The notes under the pieces are model-generated. The model was not told the origin of the DNA, ran no database searches, and was given only the letters and a program-made list of their open reading frames with translations. Below are positions 51,230 to 63,350 of a stretch of 64,000 nt of DNA, one piece after another. Source of the DNA: Octopus vulgaris. Its lineage: Eukaryota. The translations under genes were made by a program, and so were the position numbers. The stretch is taken from assembly GCA_951406725.2 (NCBI GenBank), contig OX597815.1, forward strand, positions 113,646,001-113,710,000, read 5' to 3'. Position 1 is the first letter of the stretch; each line of letters opens with the position of its first letter.

Positions 51230-51430
51230 CTAAGTGTTATTCATCCTGCTTGAAATATCAACCAAATCTCTCTCATATTACACCATTCTGTCTTCGAAAA
51301 AGAAGTACGTATTAGATATTGTAGTCTTATATATACACTCTCTAAATGAAAATATGACAGGGGTTGAGACTGGAATAGTTTTGATCATTGGTCTTTTTCA
51401 TCAGAGGTATCTTGGAACTAAATGACATAA
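51230..51430. repeat. Dispersed repeat family C (old SINE-like); other copies at about 16350-16510, 21610-21730, 22820-22950, 32030-32230, 41290-41420 and 44540-44760
   Basis: Recurrent motifs (C)TAGAAATAGCAGCCAAATCT, GGATAATGTAGTCCT and GCTGGAAT..CTTTGATCATAGGTCT in both orientations. Confidence 0.55.
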
Positions 51431-52419
51431 ACATTCTTGGCAGTGAGATAAACTGAAGCTCTTAGAACAAAGTGATCTATCTAAATATGCAGCAAAATAA
51501 TTGCATTGGGTTTGAACTCGAGACTGGTAAGCTGGCTGTCTTATATTTTGACTATCTTGACCAATCTGCTTCTCCAATGAAGTATTGGGATTATATTACC
51601 TTAAAGTTAAACTACCCATAAACCTGTGTAGCTTTAAGACAGAAAGGACTGAACTTAGGAAACCTTTCAGAAACCAATTATAGATATAATGTGTATATAT
51701 GTTTGTGTATGAGTCCATGTATGTGTATGGATGTTTGATGTGTGTATGTATGTATATGGGTTTCTTGCAAGGTCTCTTATTTGCGGGAGATGCATAGTCT
51801 AGTACTTTATTTTATTGTTCCTAGAAAGATGAACAGCAAAGTTAACCTCAATAGGATTTAATAGAACATAACTTATTACAAGATATTTTATCCTATACTC
51901 AAATAACTCCACCAATCCACCACTCCACCACTTTTGGTATGTATAAATTAAAAGTTAATATGACTGGAGGCATATTTCTCTCATATGTAAACATTTAAAT
52001 ATAATTACAATGATAAAGGCTATTAAGAAAATGTTTCTTTCTGTTGTAATGTTTTTAGTCTGTCACATTCAAATGATTCTTCTTTTTTTATGTTTTCTTC
52101 ATTCATTTATAGATACAATACATAGTTTTAAGATCATTTCTTTAGAAATGTTTTGGTAGGAGTGAGAGAGTGTGTGTTTTTTCCTTATCATGGCATAGCT
52201 TACCAGGTTTTCTCTCTCTCACTATCCATTACCTGTTTTTCAAGTAAAGGAGCTTTCATTTCCCCTGTCTTCAAAATTGCAGAGCTATTGGACAATTTGT
52301 TGACAGGAAAATGTCAACAAATATCACTGTCCATAGCTCAATGATTTTCATGTGAAGAACAGAAGATAAACATTCACATACTCATGACAGATTTTGTATG
52401 GTCTACCTTATCAATCAAT

Positions 52420-52630
52420 AATAATAATCCTTTCTATTACAGGCACAAGGCCTGAAATTTGGGGGAGGCGCATAGTTGGTTACATCAACCCCAGTACTTG
52501 ACTGGTATTTATTTTATCAAGCCCAAAAGGATGAAAGGCAAAGTTGATCTTGGCGGCATTTGAACTCAGAATGTGAAGACAGATAAAATATTGCTGCCTG
52601 GCATGCTAACAATTCTGCCAGCTTGCCACT
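52420..52630 (-). mobile_element. SINE family B, full length
   Basis: Reverse complement of the 19075-19502 units. Confidence 0.85.
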
Positions 52631-52709
52631 TTGATGAAGATGATAATAATGATGATGATGAATTGTTATTATAATTATTATTATCAAGATGTCAAACTGG
52701 CAGAATTGT

Positions 52710-52955
52710 TATAATAGGCATCCATTGGTCTCGAGAGACCAAGTATCTGCACCCACAGAAATTGTGTCAGCTGCTGCTGTTCGCACAGCATCTGCTGTGG
52801 CTACTGAGGCCACACAGGTGTGGTGGTCACAAATGCAGCGACTGAATTTGAAGGAGTTCTCTACTGGCACTACTAGTTTTCCCTTCTGTCAAATGCACTT
52901 TTCTTTGGTGGTGAATTCCTGTTTCTCTTCTCCTCGCTTCACCCCATTTTGCGGT
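52710..52955 (-). mobile_element. RTE (BovB-like) 3' end, a different family from the (GAT)n-tailed RTE
   Basis: Minus strand reads GVKRGEEK..KEK.. then GLSSHSRCC (C-terminal C2H2-like remnant), and ends GGTCTCTCGAGACCAATGGATGCC. Confidence 0.55.
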
Positions 52956-53499
52956 ATTTGTCTCCAGTGTGAGCAGTATTTAGTTACATTTTTTTTTGGT
53001 TTTTTTTTTTACATTTAGTAAAGTAAAAGTAAAATTGACACTGCTAGTATCAGTTTTACTTTTCAGCTTTTCTGGGTCAGAAAAAGTACAAGTTGATTTA
53101 ATCAACTGTATCTTCCCACAAAATGTGTGACTTTGTGCCTATAGTAGAAATCATTGTTATAATTACTGTCATTATAAATAAATCCACAGCTGACTTACCC
53201 TTTCAGCTTTGTAGTGTTGATAAAATGAATACCAGTTAAATGCTGATTACAGAACTAAATTGATTATGCGGCTTTTATAAATGTGTGGCCTTGTACCAAA
53301 ATAAGAATTCATTATTACGCCTTTGAGCAGCACTGGTGTATCAGTGATTGCTGGATCTTTGAGATTTTTTTATTTTTACTGCGCAGAAAAAAAAAAAAAT
53401 TAGAAATTAAAATAATTTATGAGTTAGTCAGACAAAGAAGCAGCATCTATGATCTTTTTGCAAGGCATTTGAAACTGATGGGAAAGGGCAGGACTGCAA

Positions 53500-53990
53500 C
53501 GTCATCATCATCATTTAACATCCGTTGTCTATGCTGGCATGGGTTGGATGGTTTGACCAGGGCTGGCAAGCTGGAAGGCTACACCAAACTCCAGTCTGTT
53601 TTTGAATGGTTTCTATGGCTGGATGCCCTTCTTAACACCAACCACTCTGAGAGTGTAATGGGTGCTTTTACATGCTACTGGCATAGGTGCTATTTGTGTG
53701 ATACCGGTATCTTCCACAACTGCAGTTTTACTTGGATTGATGGGTCTTCTCAAGCCTGGCATAATGCCAAATGGACTTAGTCATTGCTCTGTGAGGCCCA
53801 GTGCTCGAAGCACAGTATAATGCCAAATGGTCTTGGTCTTTGCCTCTGTGAGGCCCAACGCTTGAAAGGTGCTTTTTATGTGCCACTGGCATGACACCAG
53901 TATCTGCCACAACTGTGATTTTACTTGGCTTGATGGGTCTTCTTCTCAAGCAGAACATAGTGCCAAAGGTCTTGGTCATTGCCTGCAAGA
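53500..53990 (-). mobile_element. RTE-related 3'UTR copy with internal duplications
   Basis: (CAT)n TTAACATCC..ATGCTGGCATGGGTTGGA..; the block CCACAACTG..TTTTACTTGG.TTGATGGGTCTTCT occurs at about 53715 and about 53907. Confidence 0.8.
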
Positions 53991-54905
53991 TTCCTGCAAG
54001 AAGAGTAACCAGAAACAAAATATGATGTATACAACATCAGTGTTTGTCAAGCTTTTTCGTCTGTTAGCTGTTTTTTATGATGATCTATCAATTTACTGAT
54101 TATACAATAAAAGTTAAAATGTAAAAGCAAAGTGGTCTCTGTTTTGCAATGTTAGCTAAGGAAGAATGGGGACAGTTTGAAGTTCATGCCTTTCAGCTGC
54201 ACACCAAAACTAGATTGTCAAGAACCTACCTCTCATTTCATGCTACTTGATACTTAAAATGTTGGAACATTGTAATTATAAAACAAAAATTGTTTGCTAC
54301 GTTATTCTATAGTCAAATAGCATTTCTGGTGAAGTTTGTTTTTGCTGACTCTTATACTCTTTATGGCTACTGATAGATAATCTTTGTGATTGTCTCATAT
54401 TATAACTTCATTCCTGTTTAGGCAGATTTAATTTATAGATATAATTTAATCTCTATTGGATTTGAACTGTTTTTCTCTGTTGAAAGTGACAACATCTAAA
54501 TAAATTACATTATTATGTGCAAAGATTATTTTATAAGTACAGATTTACTTTTCTTCGGTTTTAAATGGTTAGAGAGACATGATGCAGTTCTGTCCCAAAC
54601 TCAAATATTTAAGTAAATTGGTTCTTAACTGAACTATACTGCAAATTGTTTCTGCTGTCTTAACTAAACCTCATGTCCTACTTCAAACCGTATTGTAAAT
54701 TACTTGTTCTATCTTAAGTAAACTAAAGTTACAGGGTGATATCTGAATACTTGTACAAAATAAAAAATTCTTGATTAAATTTTTCCCTTTCAGCTAGTGA
54801 AATATTCCCCTACAAAAATAAAAATAAAACAACCTCTAGCAGTAATTGTGAGCAACTCTCAAAGAAGAAAAGAGCAAATTTCAGGAAATTGAATTTATAA
54901 CTTAA

Positions 54906-55332
54906 CCCTTTTGTTACCATATTTCTGTTTAAATATACACTGCGTTTGTTTAATTAATTTTAAAATAATGAAGAATTTAGGAAAATAATTTTATCATTAT
55001 TAATCTGGTGTTTGAAACATAAGACAGTATGAAATTTTGATGGATGTTTTAATTTAGACCCTCTTTAGCATGCAGATTACTCTGTCAAATGCAACACTTA
55101 TTATTCACATTGTTTTCAGGTAATCATGCATTAGCTCATAGCTTTGAGATTTCAATGATGTGATTGTATATTTTTGGAATGACATTCTAGAGTAGATGTG
55201 AGCAGCTAGATCTGGCCTGTTTGAACATAAAACCCTCAAGCAAGGATATTTGCACTAGATGTGGCCTGTTTTAACACTAAAGGGTTAAAACAGAAAGCTT
55301 GTATCATAGAATGAGAGATAGTTTCAAGAAGG
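54906..55332. mobile_element. piggyBac MITE family 1 containing a nested family-2 MITE (about 55059-55284)
   Basis: TTAA|CCCTTTTGTTACC start; internal CTTTAGCA..CTAAAGGG|TTAA is homologous to 36493-36713. Confidence 0.8.
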
Positions 55333-55744
55333 TTGATATTGCAAAGGTTAATTTACATACTTAGGACAAAGGAAGCAAGAAGCATTTATGGATATATTTT
55401 GCTCTTTTTTTTTTAGCTCCCATCACCATAGTATAGTCAAATGAAGCCTTCTTGATCAGTTGACTATAAAAAGTCAGGAATAATTTTTGATCAGTGTAAT
55501 TTGCATGAAAAAAAATAAGGCTAAAGGAAATTGCTCATATGGACATGCCTCCCTTCTCTGAAACTTGAGGGTATTCCCTGACATATTTTCTTCACCATTC
55601 TTCTCTCTCTTTCTCTGCTTTTCCAACAAGAGTAGCCATGTATTTCCTCTACTCCAAGACACCTGTTTCTGTCCCTCTATAATATTCTAACCTCTTGTCA
55701 CCTGAGTCAAAGCCACCTCTCTCAATTCTCATCTCCACTCATTT

Positions 55745-55958
55745 GAAGAATCTAGTCTTGCAAGTTACTTGATGACTTTGCTAGTGCCATGTAAAAAGCA
55801 CTTGCTACACTCTGTAAAATGGTTGGCATTAGGAAGGGCATCCAACCATAGAAACTATGCCAAAGTAGACGGAGCTTGACTTCTGACTTACCAGCTCCTG
55901 TCAAACTGTCCAACCCATGCTAGCATGGAAAGCAGGTGTTAAAGGATGATAATGATGA
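55745..55958 (+). mobile_element. RTE 3'-tail fragment
   Basis: GGTTGGCATTAGGAAGGGCATCC..CCAACCCATGCTAGCATGGAAAGC..(GAT)n. Confidence 0.8.
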
Positions 55959-56604
55959 ATTAAAGAAGTGGTGTACTAAATGTTGCATGCAAAAAATTAT
56001 TGAAATTTTCCTTTAAGTTAGTGAAGGAGGGGAGAAAAATCCATCAGTGATTAAATAATTTCAAGAAATTAAGAATTAATGTCTGAAAGTTATACTATCA
56101 GTTGCTTCTGCTGCATAGCACCTTGGGCAAGTGTCTTCAACTATGGCCTCAGGTTACTCTGTAATTTAGACAGAAATTGTACAGGAGCCTGTTGAATGTT
56201 TCCTGCATTTCTCTTCATGACACTGTTTGAGCAGTGGTGCATTTGTCTATGTCTCTTGTAAATGATATATTTAGTAACTCAGTGGTTTCACAAGTTTCAT
56301 GTGCAGACAAGTGGAATGAAATTACCTTGCATGAATAAATACATAAGTATTGGTGACAGGAAGGGCATGATAACCTTCCAACCTCTGCTGGCACAGTCAA
56401 AAGAAAAATATGTAAAACGCAGAACGGAACAAAGCATACATACAGTTTGTATGTGTGGGTGCATGTCTGTCTGTCTACATGCATGCTTGTTCATTCATTT
56501 GTGTACTTTCTTCTGTTTTTAATTATGTAATTTTTCTTCCAAGGAAAGAGCTGATTTCTAGCAAAGTTGCAAAGATCCATTATTGGAATGTAGATAACAA
56601 AAAC

Positions 56605-57670
56605 AATGTCGCATTTTAAACTTAAAAAGAGTCTTGTATGTTATTACTGTTCTACTAACAGATTGTAATGGTAATGTGCTAGTTAGTTGGTTGCTATCTT
56701 CTTCTGAAAACCCTAACTTATCCAGACTGTCTGTTAAGTTTTTACTCATAAAACCAAGTGCACCAATTATTATTTGTATAAATATGAATTTATAATCTGA
56801 ATATAGAAGCTGGAAGTTTTGAAATAGCTGTCTGTAGATATCCTATTTCTCTTTGATTTTCAAAGAGATATTCATACCAGCAGGACAGGTAACATCTATG
56901 ACAGATAGATATTTTTTCTTCTCCATCCCAAACAACAATATCTGGCCTATTATGTTTACACTTGACAGATGTTTTGATGGGAATGTTCCACCAGTATTCT
57001 TTATGTAAGTGTAAGTATTCAATAACTGAAATTCTCTATATTTATTCCAGGTCACTCTTTTTCCTGAATGGCATTGTATATTGTTTTTGTGACAATGTTG
57101 TGTCACATAGAGAGTTAATACTTTGATAATATTTTTGGGCTTATCATGTGTCTTCTTCACATAAATATGACATAATCTACATTTTTGGTTGTATCTTGGA
57201 GCTCCAAGGTCTTCACTGTCTCTTTTGTTTATTAGGTATTTTGTAGCAATCTCCTGTCCTTGGATTGCAAATGCATAGTCTTCAAAGTGTGATATGATGT
57301 AGCAGTTTCAAGTCCAAAAGAAGCTTCATTTCATGTTGATATTACTGTCTCCTTTAAGTCCTTGAGAAACATACTATTCATAGTCTTTTTTTTTTTTTGG
57401 TATGCTGAGCTTTTCATATCTTTGAGGTATGTTAGTCCTGCTGTTTGAGATTATATTGAAGTTCATCAAGAGAGCGCTTCCTGAGGAGCTTGCTACCAAC
57501 ATGTAGGATATTGTTCTCTTTACTTTTCAGTACCAAGTTAATGTATTAATTTTTGCTGCTAGCAAGTGCTGTCTGAGGGAGACTATATGACAATTGAAGG
57601 CTGATTGCTCTGATCTCAAGCCACTATCTCCTACGTTTCTTCTTAGGTAAAGCCTGCCAATATCACGTTT
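56605..57670 (-). mobile_element. Decayed R4/Dong-type non-LTR retrotransposon 3' region (thumb, CCHC, restriction-like endonuclease)
   Basis: Minus-strand translation across frameshifts gives DIGRLYLRRNVGDSGL; FEDYAFAIQGQEIATKYL..QKCRLC; EYWWNIPIKT..KHNRPDIVVWD; VIDVTCP..NISLKIKEK; and IIIGALG. Confidence 0.8.
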
Positions 57671-58816
57671 CTTCTTAGGAAGAACCTGTCAAAATGACTA
57701 TTTCTATCGGTTTTTACATCTATAGAGTGGATTTCCTCTACAGACTAGATATACATACATATGCATGTCAGTCAGTCAATTAATAATTATTGAGCTCTCA
57801 ATTACCATGGATGTAAATAATAATTAAACTCTTAATTACTATCGATATATTTTTGTTTTGTTTTATATAGTGCCTCTTTCATGTGGATATATATATGAAT
57901 AAATATAGTGGATTTTCTTTTATTTCATGAATAATTTGTTCAATTAACTAAGCTATTTACTATGTAAGTGGCAGAGTATTCCATGAACAGAGTATTCCAT
58001 AACTTATATTCCCAATCAGTGTAACCATAACTTAATAGTTGAAATCATTAAGGAGCACAGTGTGACAAAGCTGGACTTTTAGATTATAAGCACAATTTGG
58101 CTACCGAAGCTATGGTTAAAGATATCACACAGTGGGACTGAGACCTAGTCCTTGTGATTATGATGCACTCTTCTCAATCATTTAATGCATTAAAATATTT
58201 GTAAAACATGTTGGAATATGTATATATACATGTGTTTGATATGTACATGTGTGTGTACGCGCACACACACACACTCTCATTCACACTCTTTCACACAGAT
58301 TTTCCTATTAAATGCTTAATCTTTTATATTTATCTCCTACCTCCCCCCCCTCTCTCTCTCAATACTCAAAACATATTTGTTTCTATTTATCAACCTTAAG
58401 TCAATGCGATTAAGATCTGAGTCATTTCTACATGCTAAAGTAGGTTATACACACTAAATTTGAAATTCTTACAGTGATGTCAATATTTTATGAAAGACAC
58501 ACATTCTCAACATGGCAGGATTGTGTAAAAGCCCTAGCTAAAGGATTGTCAACTTACTTGAATGCCTAAAGCTGCACCTTGTATTGCTTCTTATTTTTTA
58601 TATACTTATTTCAATTCTAATCTTAGCCACTTTTTGTTTTCTTTATATATGTATATATTCTTTCATTGTTTGTCTCAATGAATGTTAGGAGAATATTTAT
58701 TAAATGAGCTGGGATCTCATCAAAAATATGTTGCTGTCTTACACAGTTTATCATGCATGTGTGAGTGTATTTATCATATACACATTATATAATGTTTGTT
58801 TGTGTACATGCGCACA

Positions 58817-58883
<67 letters not shown>

Positions 58884-58995
58884 AATAATAGTATTTTTAT
58901 ATAAGCTTAAAGCTTATGGTGATCACTGTGCAATGACAAAGGAAAATAGTCTAAAAAGCCCTCGACAGAAAAAAGAAGGCTTTCCTATCTGCATA

Positions 58996-59032
<37 letters not shown>

Positions 59033-59994
59033 AAGGGTTGAATAGAAAAATTTGACAAAAACGTAACAACGGAAAATTCACAAAAGTAAACTGAAAAATA
59101 GACAAAAACATAATATATGAAAATTTCGATGCATATAATGTATCTTTATCTTATCCTTTGTGCCTGTTGCTCTGTAAAGAGGTTGTGTGAACAGCTGTAA
59201 GGTTAAGAGGTCCCTTTAGTTGTGCCATGGACTTAGATACTTCTTTAGTGCTGATGCCACAAGAAAATGCACCCAGTACATTCTGTAAAATGTAAGTTTG
59301 AGAGGGCCCTTTAATCTTGTCAAGGATACAGCACCTCCTTAGTTATGGTGTCAGAAAAAAGTGACCAGTGTATTAGAAATAGCATCAAGTCATAGAAACC
59401 AAACCAAATATGAATCTCATGGGTGGGATGTGGGTCACTGACTTGCCTAAGATCAGCACCCCTGAGTATGTTTCAACTCAAACTGTAGCAACCCAACCAA
59501 CACATACCACCAAGGAGAGTGGACATAAAATGATGATGGTGTGTGTATTTATCATATATACCGTTATCATTATTCTGATTATGGTTACTTTTTGTATGCT
59601 GGCATGGGTTGCTCTCCCAGATGCCAACCTATACTTGGTTTCAAGTTAGATACCCTATTTCATTGATCTTTGCATGCTGCTGAACTGAGGGTCATTTTGA
59701 TTAGACAGAACATAAACAAGTGTCACCATTATCCAAGCAAATTCAACGTGAAGACATATGGATGCGCGCATGCACGCACACACGTTTATATGGGATTCCA
59801 TATAGTTTACATCTACCAAATTTCACAAGACTCTTGTTGAAGGTGCCATGCAGTGGGATCAAATCTGAAACCACTTGGTCACAATGTGTACTTTACCTTT
59901 CTATAACTATGCATATACACACACACATATATAGTTGCTATGGGCAGTTTGTGAAGTAACAATGTTTTGTTCTGTGTAGATATAAGTGTGTAGT

Positions 59995-60950
59995 GTTCAT
60001 ATATTAACAGTTTGTCGTGCATGGTTTGGGCATGTGTTCTCTAGTATGGCATCTTTTCACTTGTTGCAGTCTCTTAGTGTGCGGTTCAGCCTCTTAAGAT
60101 CCTTCTTCACCCCTTCTTTCCTTGGCTTCTACTGACTTCTTCCACAAGGATCGCTTGGTAACTTTTGACCCAACTAGCACATCTTCCATATACAGCAAAT
60201 GTTGCACCACTGCGGTCTTCTCTCCTGCACATTACATTTGATTGCTCTTAAACCCAGCTTTTTGCTGCTGCTAAATTAGTGTTGTTTTGTGTTTCATGCA
60301 CACTAATATTACATACCCATCAGTGTATACTTGATTTATTCTTTGCATTTGATGTCCATTGTTCATGCTTTGCTATCATACAAAATGCATTTTGTACACA
60401 AGCTTTATATCTTATGCTCTTGTAGAGATTATTCCTTTGTTGCTAGCTGAGGTAATACTTCAGAGAATTTTTCCACCCTGTATACTATGGTTTCAGAACA
60501 CCCATTTCTACTAGGCCACTTAGGAAACAGAAGCTGTCACTTTAGCTGTCAATGCTAAATTCCTTGCAGAACTCATTACTCTCAACTTGCTGACAGCTTC
60601 TCTGTATATGGCTTGCATAGATCTCACAAGCTGTTCAGCTACACCTAGCGTTTTAAGTAACTACCTGGCTACAGCGCATGACATTCTATCAGAGGCCTTC
60701 CCCAGGTCAACAAATACAATGGTGTGCTGTTAGCTAATAATTGCACCTATACTCGTTTCATTTGCAGTGGGGTGGTGGAGAGCTGATGATATTCAGCCTG
60801 GTACAAATCTGAAGTGCATCTTGTTTAAGCTAATTCTCTTCCTTATTAGTTGTGCTATAACCCTTCCTGGTACTTACACAATTTGTGTTGCAAATGGTTT
60901 GATCAGTGTCATCACAGAAGTCTTGGAGCTTTGATTCCTCTTCATACTTT
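59995..60950 (-). mobile_element. Highly decayed RTE LINE (RT region to 3' end)
   Basis: Minus strand shows a VFVDL(EKAF)DR-like motif at about 60680-60720 and KLGLRAIKCNVQERR at about 60215-60265. Confidence 0.65.
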
Positions 60951-61926
60951 GTACCATAGCCTTTATGTAAACATCAGAAGATTTTGCTCAGTATGTCCAT
61001 TGAAATTCCCATTGATGATAAGGTTAGTGCCATCTGTTATTGAGATAGCCTGCAAGAGAACCTCACAGAAAGATCTTTAGCTCATCTCTGAGACCTGTCC
61101 GTGACACATATGTAGAAATCACTGTTGCAGTTATTTTACCAATGACTAGACTAAACTTATTGTGTCAAATATTCTAACCACTTCAGTTACTCTACCATTA
61201 CATTTTTCTGCTTCAGGTACTTATGCTTTCCAAATCTGTTAATGGTCTCAAAGAATTTGTAACTTGGTTTCTTGCTTGAGAGAAGTCTAGTTATGTCTCC
61301 ACTCCATGTCACCTTTGTATACAATATGCCAGTATCAACAATCTCTGCAGATCTACTCCTTGTCATGTCAATGTTAATGGTAGTAGTCCACAATTTTTGT
61401 GCTGGAAAAGAAGAGATTTCACTGGTGGTCATGAGTGAGAAGCTTATTGTATTTAAAAAAAAAAAGGGTTGGAGAAATTATTTGATGAAGGTTGAGGATT
61501 GCTAATAGCTAGCTATCTCCTTACTATGTACAGCTCTATGAAGGTTTTAATCTTGTATACGCAATTAGGATTTTTAACTGAATTTGTGACTGTCATGATT
61601 TTTCTTATGGTTGGATGCTTTCCTACCACAACAGTTTTATAACACTGGGTGCATTTAGTATTCTGTCAGCACTAAAGAATCTGTCCACTCTCTACTGTAT
61701 CAGTTTTTTATTCAGAGTTATAGCCTACTACTCTCCTAGCCAAATTGATTCACACTTCATTTGTACATCATGGTTCAGAGATCTTTTTCCATGTGGTTGG
61801 GTTTATTTGGAGAATCTAACATCTTAATCAAGTTGCCTTCACTATGTCTGAAGTGCCCTGGCTCTGCATAATGCTGTTGACGAGGCTGCTTGGAGAGTGG
61901 TGGTAAAGAGGTATGTTTACATACCT

Positions 61927-62150
61927 CTGGCAGAATCGTTAGCACACCGGGCGAAATGTGTAGCCGTATTTCATCTGCCGTTACGTTGTGAGTTCAAATT
62001 CCGCCAAGGTCGACTTTGCCTTTCATCCTTTCGGGGTCGAGAAATTAAATACCAGTTACACACTGGGGGGTTGATGTAATCGACTTAATACCTATGTCTG
62101 TCCTTGTTTGTCCCCTCTATGTTTAGCCCCTTGTGGGTAATAAAGAAATA
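61927..62150 (+). mobile_element. Young SINE family B copy with 20-bp TSD
   Basis: CpGs intact (AATCGTTAGCACACCGGGCGAAATG..GGTCGACTTTGCCTTTCATCCTTTCGGGGTCGA). TSD GGTAAAGA(G/A)GTATGTTTACA at 61902-61921 and 62151-62170. Confidence 0.9.
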
Positions 62151-63204
62151 GGTAAAGAAGTATGTTTACAGTAGACTGATGGGTTTGTTTAGAGTATCTA
62201 AATCCTAGATGGGTCATTCTTCATTTGCTACTGTAGAGCCATATCATAATAAGAGATGTGACTCTGCAATAACACATGAAGCATTTCCCCTTGATGTGAC
62301 TCTTGTTGATGACAGCACTTTTATTAACTATTACTTGGCTGGTACTCTCACAATTTGCTAGCTATAAGTAGTTACTGTACCATCAGGAGTGAAGGTACTC
62401 TAATATATGTAAAGTATAATTTAGTCATTCTATTTTTACTCTTCTGTCTCTTGAATAAATGAAATACAAGCAAGAAACTCATGGTAGCAGTGGAGTCAAA
62501 TATCAGTTTTGAATGCAAATATACATTGTGTGTGTTTGCATATAAACCCCTCTGTTCCTGTATGTTTTGGCTTTTGTTTATTTATATTTTGTTTAGTATT
62601 TTCAATCTTTATACTTTTTTAATCAAAAACATGGTATTTAAATTTTTTTTGTAAATTTATTTTTTTATAAATTTTTAAAATACTTCAAGAACCTGATGAA
62701 ATTTTTAGTTTTCTATTTTTTTTTATGTTGCACTGTAAAGTTTGTTTCAGAATTTTGCACCATAATATATTCGAGATTCTTAAAATTGTTCTACAGGAAT
62801 GGAAGGTTATTAATATGTATTGCTGTTTTTAAAAATAATTTTTTATTTGTTTTTCTTGTCGAATAAATTTAAAGAATTCTTTGCTTTTGCTTCCTTTTGT
62901 TTCTTTTTTCTTTTTTATAGAAAATTTCCTTGTATATTAAATCACTTTCAGACACATTGCCTAATTAATAGCTTACATTACTCCACACAATGTTGAATAA
63001 CATTCGATTTAGTTATTTTCTCACAGCAAACCGGTTCAAATTACAGTAAGGGTAATGCATGGGAATACATTTTCTCTGTAGCAATATTATTTGAAGAAAA
63101 GCAACAATAGATACAATCAAGATGACATAATGAAACTCAAGTTTTTTGTAGATTATTTTAAAACTTGAATTTACTTTGAAGGTTTATTTCTTTATTGATT
63201 TCAG

Positions 63205-63350
63205 GCTTTTTACTGGTGGGGGTAGGGACTACTCTCACCATCAGAGTTGATTATACTGATACCTCTCACTACCACCTCCTAAATTTTATCAGTCTTAGAA
63301 GGCTGAAAGGCAAAGTTGACCTGGATAGGATTTGAACTCTTAATGTAAAG
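63205..63350 (-). mobile_element. SINE family B, diverged
   Basis: GAAGGCTGAAAGGCAAAGTTGACCT..GATTTGAACTC. Confidence 0.6.

Noticed and set aside
62146-62166. GTAAAGAAGTATGT matches the 3' part of miR-1
   Set aside because: The seed (GGAATGT) is absent, there is no precursor hairpin, and it is part of a SINE target-site duplication.
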